Shown piece after piece: positions 56,150 to 64,000 of a stretch of 64,000 nt of DNA. The position numbers and the translations under genes are program-made. The stretch covers positions 52,357-116,356 of the forward strand of contig JACPRZ010000064.1 of the NCBI GenBank assembly GCA_016193485.1, given 5' to 3'. Position 1 is the first letter of the stretch. Each line of letters begins with the position of its first letter. The DNA comes from Bacteroidota bacterium. Lineage in GTDB: Bacteria > Bacteroidota > Bacteroidia > JACPRZ01. The notes under the pieces were generated by a model. It was given only the letters and a program-made list of their open reading frames with translations, searched no databases and was not told where the DNA came from.

Positions 56150-57271
56150 TCACACAAACCCGCATCCCGAGTCACCGTCATACAATATTTTTCCCGAAGT
56201 ACCGCCAAGTTCGTTAGAAAAATCACGCGATATCATTGCCGGCAGGTGTTGCTTTCGCATAAAACAGAACGGGGTGGTGTTTTTTTTCAGCCATCCACAG
56301 ATTTCAGGATGATAAGATGTGAATGTAAATAGTTTCAACTGCTGCATAAGGTTGATAATGCCGCTGCCGACCACCGGAGTCACGGAAGGAGAAAAAAAGG
56401 CATAAGGTAGTTTCAGGTGATTGTTACGTATTGAAAAAAGGAGAAGGGCTGAAAGGTTATTTTGCGCGTTTTTTACTTTCATTAACCGGAAAAGAAACCG
56501 TTTGTCATAGGACGAAAAATGGTAGCGAACCGAAAAATTTTCTTTGTCAGCGTCTTCCAGCACCCACGGGAACGACATAATCCAGTTCAGAAGTTTTTGG
56601 TCAACCACATTCAGGGTTTGCCCGGTAAAACCCCTGATAAATTCCGAACTTTCTTCATCCATTGCCGGCAACTCTTCAAATGAATATCCGGTTGCAATGG
56701 TTATCTCCTGCATCCTTTTTGCAAGCCGTGATTCATTTATTGCATTTAAGACACCATCATACCGGTTGAGCAGTCCCGATATTTTTGACAAGAGCGGGAA
56801 TTTCCGCGGCAGCCGTTCATGCAGGTCAAACCGCAGATATGCTCTTAACCCGTTCCCGGTATTTTCTGATAGCGGAACAAATTTACCTGTACTTTCATAT
56901 AACGTTTTTGCTTCAGGAGTATAATCCCGTATGGCAATCCTGTTTTTCCAATCGAGAAATGCATGTTTAAGAAGTTTGGACGCGATTCCGCGACCCCGAA
57001 AGTTTTTATCAATCCATAAACAACTAAGCCATGCGCCACGGAAAATTTCCTTTTGCCCCCGGAATAAATCGGGTAATGCACCAAGGTACCCTGTCATGCG
57101 ATCGTTTTCATAAGTTATCCATAAAACCGGATCATCCCCTTGCGCTCCCGGATTATTGATATGACTTATGGCGCGATGGCGGGTGATGGGAACTACCTGC
57201 ATGGTTCGAAATTCATCCGAAAGGATCCATTTTTCCAGTTCTCTTAAAGCAATAGCGCGGATGGTAATCAT
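56150..57271 (-). CDS. GNAT-family N-acetyltransferase
   Basis: WLSCLWID..FRGRGIA..LL acetyl-CoA-binding motif. Confidence 0.8.
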   Translation of the reverse strand: MITIRAIALRELEKWILSDEFRTMQVVPITRHRAISHINNPGAQGDDPVLWITYENDRMTGYLGALPDLFRGQKEIFRGAWLSCLWIDKNFRGRGIASKLLKHAFLDWKNRIAIRDYTPEAKTLYESTGKFVPLSENTGNGLRAYLRFDLHERLPRKFPLLSKISGLLNRYDGVLNAINESRLAKRMQEITIATGYSFEELPAMDEESSEFIRGFTGQTLNVVDQKLLNWIMSFPWVLEDADKENFSVRYHFSSYDKRFLFRLMKVKNAQNNLSALLLFSIRNNHLKLPYAFFSPSVTPVVGSGIINLMQQLKLFTFTSYHPEICGWLKKNTTPFCFMRKQHLPAMISRDFSNELGGTSGKILYDGDSGCGFV

Positions 57272-58311
57272 GTTCTTACAATCCTGTTTTTACCGAACGG
57301 TTTTTTGAGAATATAATAAAAATATTCCGCCCGTATCAGGTTTCCGGCACTGAGCGGATGGTTATCCCGATGGTCCATCGGGATACGGTGAAAGTGGCGT
57401 TGTGAATAGTCATTTTTGATTCCTGCCGCACCAAATGATATATCGGCAATCCCGCGTGAGTAAATTTCATCGAAAAACTTTTTTGTCACACCGAAGTCAG
57501 TAAACGGGAAAGCAAATGCATTACATGGAATGTTGAATTGTTCCCTGATCCACTGTATACATTCTTCCGTTTGCAATATCTGCTCCTCAATCGGAATTAA
57601 GCGGTATTCAGGATGGTTCATGCTATGGCCTCCTAACGTAAAACCCTGTTGTAATAAATTACGCACCTGCGAAGTCGTTAGATAGGGTTGTTTTTCCGCA
57701 AGGTATGCGTTAAAATCCAATCCAAGTAATTTTGCAAGTTTATCAAGGATATACCTTTTTCCGTATGTAATCTCCAACAGTGATTTTTTGAGTCCGCTGA
57801 ATTCAGCGCACTCTTCGTGAAAACACTTTTTTATCTCCGCAAACAGTGAATCGGGTAACTTTTTCTTTTCTGTCTCACCGCAGAGGAGAGATGCCTTGCA
57901 CCGGAACAGCATCTCTTTATTATCGAGAAAATCAGGGTTCAGAAAAAAGGTAGCGGGAATTCCTTTACTTAATAAAATCGGAGCAATGAGATGAAATGAT
58001 TCACAGAACCCGTCATCAAAAGAGAGAAAAAAGTAATTTTTATCAATTGTCCGCTTCCCTTTTGAAACAGAAATCAGATCCTGTAAAGAGAGGGGGGTAT
58101 AGTGTTGCAGAAGGAAATCAAGGTCTGCAATGAATTTTTTCCTGTCCGGTGCAGAATAGAGATATCTGATATGATCCAGGGGTTCATCCGATACGGTATG
58201 ATAGCAGGGACAAATGAGTTTATGCCCGGTTAAACCAGCCAATGCTTTCAGCGGAAAAGGTTGCGACAGGAATGCGGAGAGAGGCAGGAAGATGGATTTC
58301 AGATCCATCAT
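57268..58311 (-). CDS. Polysaccharide deacetylase (NodB domain)
   Basis: YHTVS, LSFDDG, PATFF, GGHSMNHP, FAFPF. Confidence 0.9.
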   Translation of the reverse strand: MMDLKSIFLPLSAFLSQPFPLKALAGLTGHKLICPCYHTVSDEPLDHIRYLYSAPDRKKFIADLDFLLQHYTPLSLQDLISVSKGKRTIDKNYFFLSFDDGFCESFHLIAPILLSKGIPATFFLNPDFLDNKEMLFRCKASLLCGETEKKKLPDSLFAEIKKCFHEECAEFSGLKKSLLEITYGKRYILDKLAKLLGLDFNAYLAEKQPYLTTSQVRNLLQQGFTLGGHSMNHPEYRLIPIEEQILQTEECIQWIREQFNIPCNAFAFPFTDFGVTKKFFDEIYSRGIADISFGAAGIKNDYSQRHFHRIPMDHRDNHPLSAGNLIRAEYFYYILKKPFGKNRIVRT

Positions 58312-58763
58312 TTTATTTTGTCAATATCTATCTTTTTCGGTTGCTGCGCTTCGTGGGGATGAGTCCCGTTTGCATATACATGCAGGTTGCGGAACATCTG
58401 CCGTCCAAGGCGGTTTTTTGGAAGCATACGTTTAACGGCATATTCAAGGACCCGCGTGGGATTTTTTACAAAAAGATCATGGGGGGAAAGAAGTTTCTGT
58501 CCACCGGGGTAGCCGGAATAGGTAAAATGTTTCCGGTCATGTAATTTTTTTCCGGATATCCGTATTTTCGCTGCATTCAGCACAATTACGTAATCCCCGC
58601 AATCTATGTGAGGGGTGAAAGATGTTTTATGTTTACCCCGCAGTAACATGGCAATACGCGATGAAAGACGGCCCAACGGCCAGTTGCCGGCATCCACAAG
58701 GAGCCATTCTTTTTTCACATCCTCCCTGCGGATGGAAACGGTTTTGAAAGATAAGGCGCTCAT
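58308..58763 (-). CDS. rplM: 50S ribosomal protein L13
   Basis: WLLVDA..LGRL, LRGKHK..FTPHIDCGD, SGYPGG, MLPKNRLGR, HPHEAQQP. Confidence 0.97.
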   Translation of the reverse strand: MSALSFKTVSIRREDVKKEWLLVDAGNWPLGRLSSRIAMLLRGKHKTSFTPHIDCGDYVIVLNAAKIRISGKKLHDRKHFTYSGYPGGQKLLSPHDLFVKNPTRVLEYAVKRMLPKNRLGRQMFRNLHVYANGTHPHEAQQPKKIDIDKIK

Positions 58764-58798
58764 AATAATTTAGAATCAATCTTGTTAAATTCCAGAAT

Positions 58799-58889
58799 GC
58801 CACAAAAACACAAAATCTCCAAATCCCACGAAACAGAAATTTTATTAGATTATTTTTAGTGGAATTTAGTGTTTTAGAGATTTGGTGGC
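58799..58889. repeat. Intergenic 9-nt-periodic GCCAC...GTGGC hairpin
   Basis: GCCACAAAAACACAAAATCTCCAAATCCCAC ... GTGGAATTTAGTGTTTTAGAGATTTGGTGGC imperfect inverted repeat. Confidence 0.6.
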
Positions 58890-58922
58890 TTTTAAATTAC
58901 TTTTAATGAAAGGATTCATATT

Positions 58923-61016
58923 TCAATAAAATAAATATCTGTTATCCTTAATACCGGCATTTTCTTTCAGCGCTTCAAACAATTCATAGTCCACCCGGCT
59001 GTGGTAATTCTGAACAAGCGACATCCGGTTCTGTGTCAAATCGGAAGGAGGTGTATATTCCGGATTTGATTCAACGGTCACAATATATACTCCCTGTCTT
59101 CCGGTAATCGGTTCCGACATCTTACCCGGCTGCACAGAACGGCTGAAAATATAACCCACAATGGCAGGTTCCCTTCCTATGCCCGGAATAAAGGCGGTCG
59201 CAAAGGTTATATCGCTTGCAGTTTGAATTTCAAGATTCATGTTTTTTGCGAAATCGTCAAGATTATTGTCATCATTATTTTTTATTTCATCAATAATCTT
59301 TTTTGCTTTCAGGTCGTTGCGCGCACCGGTCACCACTCTTTCCTTTACCGCATCAAGAGATGAATATTCATCTTCATTTACAGCGTTAAGCAGGGCTACA
59401 ATAAATTTATTGCCGCACTCGAACACCTGCGAGACATCACCGATCCCGGTTTTTTCAAAAAATGCCCATCTGACTACCTCGCGTGACGATTCAATGGCAG
59501 GCAAACCGAGATCATTGTTAGTAAGGTTTGACGCATTTCGCTTATCAAGCCCGTCTTTCTGCGCAGAAGAAAGAAAAGCATCTTTGCTGTTATTCTCACC
59601 TGCAAAACGGGTCGCATTATTGTACATCTCCGAAAATGTTTTCTGCCCCGGCTCAATTTTACGGTCAACAATGCCGATCTGCACTTTTTTTACCAACTCT
59701 TTCTGATCGGTTATTTCAATTACATGCACTCCTAACTGCGAATTTACGATTTTGATATCGCCTTTTTTCCCGGCAAAGCAGGTGTCATTGAACGACTTGA
59801 ACATCGTTCCTTCGGCAAACCATCCCAGGTCACCGCCATTGAGTGCAGAGCCCTGGTCTTCGGACAACTGCTGCGCCAATTGGGCAAAGTCCCTGCCGGT
59901 TTTGATCAGATTTATTATGCTGTCGGCTTTGGATCTAAGAGTGGTATCATTGGCTGTTTTCGGTTTCAGCAGTATATGCCTTGCTTTTACCGAATCGGGA
60001 CGCATGGCTATGGCGCGCAGTTTTACAATCTTAAAAGCGCCATCTTCAATATAGGGACCGAAAACAGTACTCGTATCGACACTGAAAATCAGCGAATCAA
60101 ACTGTGCGGAAAGGGTTCCCTGTTTATGCCAGGTATCATCAAAAGGCGAATCGGCATTGGAGGCGATGAAAACCGTATCGTCTTCAGTGGTTTTGAATTC
60201 TTCAGTTTTCTTCACTATCCAATCCCTTATATCAAGAGTATCGTCAGGAGTCGGCAGAACATCAAAAACCACATATTCAATGGAGCGCGAAGGTTTTTGT
60301 TTGAATTCATATTTGTGCTCATTGTAGTATGCTGTAAGATCATTTTCAGCCGGCTGAATCAATGAGTCGGGGATGGCAGAAAACCGTTTTACAACGTACC
60401 GGATGGATGCGCGCTTGTTTTTGTCCTCATCATCCCTGGCAACTTCCTTTGATGTAACATATAATCCTTTTTTTATAAGCGAATAAAATTTTTCTTTGTA
60501 CCGTTCCTTTATCATCCCTTTTTCAAATTTCAGCCAGCGGGCGCGGGTTTTGCCGGAAGGGTCATTATCCATTGTCTTCAGGAATTCCACAACATCGGCA
60601 GGATTAAACTGGCCGGTTTTGGGATTGGTAAACGCTTTTACTATTGTAGAATGAGGTTCTTTACCCCAGGTCATCTCCTTTAATTCTTCTTTGCTTACAG
60701 TAATGCCGGTTTTTTCATATATATTGCCAAGGATCACAGAATCGAGCAATTGGTTCCATACATCGTTCCGTATCATATCAATGGTTGACTGATCTATGTT
60801 TAACTGCTGCGAATTCTCTTTGTAGTTTTCAATACCTTCCTGCACCCTGTATTCATAGTCACGCGGGTCTATTTCAACACCTGCTATGACCGCAAGGTCA
60901 GGAATGCCACCGAAATTACCCTTGAAAAGATCGCTCAGCACAAATGAAGCCATTGACAACCCTACAAGGGCGATGATAAGAGCCGAGTGCCTGCGAATTT
61001 TACCTATGACGGCCAT
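58923..61016 (-). CDS. PpiD/SurA-N domain peptidyl-prolyl isomerase
   Basis: MAVIGKIR + TM, ARHIL, SEDQGSA.NGGDLGWF, DNRYLFY. Confidence 0.92.
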   Translation of the reverse strand: MAVIGKIRRHSALIIALVGLSMASFVLSDLFKGNFGGIPDLAVIAGVEIDPRDYEYRVQEGIENYKENSQQLNIDQSTIDMIRNDVWNQLLDSVILGNIYEKTGITVSKEELKEMTWGKEPHSTIVKAFTNPKTGQFNPADVVEFLKTMDNDPSGKTRARWLKFEKGMIKERYKEKFYSLIKKGLYVTSKEVARDDEDKNKRASIRYVVKRFSAIPDSLIQPAENDLTAYYNEHKYEFKQKPSRSIEYVVFDVLPTPDDTLDIRDWIVKKTEEFKTTEDDTVFIASNADSPFDDTWHKQGTLSAQFDSLIFSVDTSTVFGPYIEDGAFKIVKLRAIAMRPDSVKARHILLKPKTANDTTLRSKADSIINLIKTGRDFAQLAQQLSEDQGSALNGGDLGWFAEGTMFKSFNDTCFAGKKGDIKIVNSQLGVHVIEITDQKELVKKVQIGIVDRKIEPGQKTFSEMYNNATRFAGENNSKDAFLSSAQKDGLDKRNASNLTNNDLGLPAIESSREVVRWAFFEKTGIGDVSQVFECGNKFIVALLNAVNEDEYSSLDAVKERVVTGARNDLKAKKIIDEIKNNDDNNLDDFAKNMNLEIQTASDITFATAFIPGIGREPAIVGYIFSRSVQPGKMSEPITGRQGVYIVTVESNPEYTPPSDLTQNRMSLVQNYHSRVDYELFEALKENAGIKDNRYLFY

Positions 61017-61235
61017 GAGGAAAATTTCGGATTGAGGATTGTCAAAATTGCGGATTTAAAAATCAATTACCTATATCAATATTAACTTCCCTTCTTACAG
61101 GAAACGGAGTGCGAAGGTAATAAAAAGAATGAGCGGTTGTTTTGGACAGAATTTCAAACCCCGGAAATACCTACTTTCGCAGTGATTTGGTGGCAAAAAT
61201 GAATTTTTACCGGGTTTCAAATATTATATCTGAAA

Positions 61236-63890
61236 ATGCCCTATAGCTTTCATGAAATAGAAAAAAAGTGGCAGGAACACTGGGAGAAAAACAAGACATT
61301 CCAGGCCAAAAATCCTGTTGATGTTTCACACGCCTCAGACGGGAGCGCTGAATCTTCCCCCTCCTTTGGAGGGGGTAAGGGGGAGGCGCCCAAGTTTTAT
61401 GTTCTCGATATGTTTCCCTACCCTTCCGGTTCCGGATTGCATGTTGGCCATCCGCTCGGATATATCGCCACCGATATTTTTTCACGATATAAACGTCTCA
61501 AAGGATTCAATGTTTTGCACCCGATGGGCTTTGATGCATTCGGGTTACCGGCAGAACAATATGCCATCCAGACCGGTCAGCATCCGGCAGTTACCACTGA
61601 AAAAAATATTGAACGATACCGGAACCAGTTAAAGCAAATAGGATTATCGTTCGACTGGAGCCGTGAAGTTCGCACCTGCGATCCATCTTACTACAAATGG
61701 ACTCAATGGATTTTCCTGAAACTCTTCAGTTGCTGGTATAATAATAAAAGCGGTAAAGCCGAACCCATTGAAACCCTTATTGAAGAATTTGAACGTAACG
61801 GCAACAGGGAGGTGGATGCCTCCTGTACGGAAGTAAGTTGCTTTACCGCCCAGTGGTGGAACCAGATGACGGAACCCGAAAAGCAGGAAATGCTGCTGAA
61901 TTACCGCCTTGCTTATTTATCCGAAACCATGGTGAACTGGTGCCCGGAACTGGGGACGGTTCTTGCAAACGAGGAGGTTACGAACGGATTATCGGACAGG
62001 GGGGGGCATCCGGTTGAACGGAAACTGATGAAGCAATGGCAGTTGCGCATCACCGCCTATGCAGAACGCCTGCTCAGTGACCTTGAAAAAATCGACTGGC
62101 CTTCCAACATCAGAGAGATGCAGCGCAACTGGATAGGCCGCTCCGAGGGAGCCCTGGTAAAATTCCGTGTTGACGGTCATGCGCTTGATCTTGAGATTTT
62201 CACCACCCGGCCCGACACCCTTTTCGGGGTTACCTTCATGGTTCTGGCTCCCGAACATCCGCATATAGAAAAAATAGCGGCCGGAAAATACAGGGAGGGA
62301 GTGCTGGAATATGCACATAGGGCGATGAACCGCACTGAGCGCGACCGGTTGGCCGGTGCCGGAAAAATATCAGGAAAATTTACAGGCGCTTACTGCATAC
62401 ATCCTTTTACCGGGCAATTAGTTCAGATATGGGTTTCCGATTACGTGCTTGCCGGGTATGGAACAGGCGCCATCATGGCTGTTCCCGCGCATGACACCCG
62501 CGATTACTCATTCGCAAAACATTTCAACATCCCCATAAAAAAAGTTATCCGTTGCGGAGAAAATGACCCGGAATGTTATGACGGGAACGATGGCGTTCTT
62601 ATTAACTCCGATTTCATTAACGGACTGGGCGTGCGGCAGGCCATAAACCGCATTATCGTGGAAATTGAGAAGCAGGGTATCGGCAGGGCGAAGGTGAATT
62701 ACAAACTGCACGATGCCGTATTCAGCAGGCAGCGCTACTGGGGGGAACCGTTTCCGGTATATTATAAAAACGGAGTTCCTTACCCGGTTGATGAGCATGC
62801 CTTGCCTGTAACTCTGCCGAAGGTTGATAAATACCTGCCTACCGAAACAGGTGACCCCCCCCTTGCACGGGCAAAGGAATGGAAAACACCGGGCGGATAT
62901 CCCTATGAACACAATACCATGCCCGGCTGGGCCGGATCCAGTTGGTATTACCTGCGCTATGAGGATCCTCATAATGAAAATGTTTTCGCTTCGTCACAGG
63001 CAGTTCAATACTGGCAGAATGTAGATATCTACCTCGGAGGCGCGGAACATGCAACCGGCCACCTGCTCTATGTGCGCTTTTGGACCAAATTTCTTCATGA
63101 TCTCGGATACCTTCCCTTTGATGAGCCGGCAAAAAAACTGATCAACCAGGGGATGATACTCGGTGAAGACGGTGAAAAAATGAGCAAGTCAAGGGGTAAC
63201 GTAATTAACCCCGATGATGTGATCAATGAATATGGCGCTGATACGTTCCGGCTTTATGAAATGTTTCTCGGGCCTCTTGAACAGGCGAAGCCATGGGATA
63301 CACGCAGTATTGAAGGCGTACACCGCTTCCTGAAAAAGGTATGGCGGCTATATCATTCCGGGAAAAACGAAAGTCAGGGAAATAATCCGGATGATGGTGT
63401 TTTTTTGATTAACGGGGAGCCACCCTCCTTACCGGAATTGAAAATCCTGCACCGGGCAATCAAAAAAGTGCAGGACGATATTGAGCATTTCGCTTTCAAT
63501 ACGGCTGTCAGCGCACTGATGGTCTGCGTGAACGAACTTACCGATCAGAAATGTTTTAAAAAAGGTATCCTGGAAACGCTTGCCATATTATTATCTCCAT
63601 TCGCTCCGCACCTTGCCGAAGAGTTATGGGAAAAGATGGGGCACCGGGGCAGCATTTCGTATGCGCCATTTCCGGATTATTCTGATGAATATCTGAAGGA
63701 AGATGTAATTAAATATCCCGTACAGTTTAATGGAAAGATGCGCTTCATGATTGAACTTCCTATTGATTATTCCCCCCCGCAGGTTGAAGCGGCTGTTCTT
63801 GCCGCTCCCCAGGCCGCCCGGTACCTTAACGGTAATTCACCGCGGAAAATAATCGTAGTGCCAGGCAAAATCGTAAATGTGGTTGTGTGA
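61236..63890 (+). CDS. leuS: Leucine--tRNA ligase
   Basis: [44 protein letters not shown]. Confidence 0.98.
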   Translation: MPYSFHEIEKKWQEHWEKNKTFQAKNPVDVSHASDGSAESSPSFGGGKGEAPKFYVLDMFPYPSGSGLHVGHPLGYIATDIFSRYKRLKGFNVLHPMGFDAFGLPAEQYAIQTGQHPAVTTEKNIERYRNQLKQIGLSFDWSREVRTCDPSYYKWTQWIFLKLFSCWYNNKSGKAEPIETLIEEFERNGNREVDASCTEVSCFTAQWWNQMTEPEKQEMLLNYRLAYLSETMVNWCPELGTVLANEEVTNGLSDRGGHPVERKLMKQWQLRITAYAERLLSDLEKIDWPSNIREMQRNWIGRSEGALVKFRVDGHALDLEIFTTRPDTLFGVTFMVLAPEHPHIEKIAAGKYREGVLEYAHRAMNRTERDRLAGAGKISGKFTGAYCIHPFTGQLVQIWVSDYVLAGYGTGAIMAVPAHDTRDYSFAKHFNIPIKKVIRCGENDPECYDGNDGVLINSDFINGLGVRQAINRIIVEIEKQGIGRAKVNYKLHDAVFSRQRYWGEPFPVYYKNGVPYPVDEHALPVTLPKVDKYLPTETGDPPLARAKEWKTPGGYPYEHNTMPGWAGSSWYYLRYEDPHNENVFASSQAVQYWQNVDIYLGGAEHATGHLLYVRFWTKFLHDLGYLPFDEPAKKLINQGMILGEDGEKMSKSRGNVINPDDVINEYGADTFRLYEMFLGPLEQAKPWDTRSIEGVHRFLKKVWRLYHSGKNESQGNNPDDGVFLINGEPPSLPELKILHRAIKKVQDDIEHFAFNTAVSALMVCVNELTDQKCFKKGILETLAILLSPFAPHLAEELWEKMGHRGSISYAPFPDYSDEYLKEDVIKYPVQFNGKMRFMIELPIDYSPPQVEAAVLAAPQAARYLNGNSPRKIIVVPGKIVNVVV

Positions 63891-64000
63891 TTCGTGCAAC
63901 AAAACATAAAATTTATGCTCCGGTTTGCTGAAACCCCAAATCCGCAAGTATATAATGAAGCACATCACTTATTTGAGTGAATCCTTTCAAAGTGAACATG

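Overview
This window comes from a Bacteroidota (Bacteroidia-like, probably uncultured) chromosome, judged from T9SS C-terminal sorting domains, TAnnTTTG promoters and Q-rule signal peptides. Bases 1 to ~13450 are the right end of an AT-rich integrated defence island. It carries a GmrSD-like DUF262/HNH nuclease, a Gabija pair, and an unexplained six-gene operon: radical SAM/SPASM enzyme, membrane protein with two degenerate PLD-like domains, Trp/Tyr-type ABC transporter (three genes), and a B12-binding radical SAM enzyme. The island ends with a truncated rhuM bracketed by two ~80% identical 132-bp att-like repeats. The rest is mostly core genome: era, der, two two-component systems, T9SS cargo, ppx, ABC and efflux parts, a YfhO/GT2 glycosylation locus, polA, an ECF sigma/anti-sigma pair, a small PvuII-like R-M pair, an rplM lacking rpsI, a PpiD/SurA-type PPIase and leuS. 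Small repeat elements are scattered throughout. These include a GxxExxY gene inside a TIR/6-bp-TSD element, an empty sibling element, nested MITE/REP clusters, and GC-rich palindromes inserted in frame in proteins, including inside signal peptides. No rRNA, complete tRNA or CRISPR array was seen. All calls are from motif reading by eye; no searches were run.
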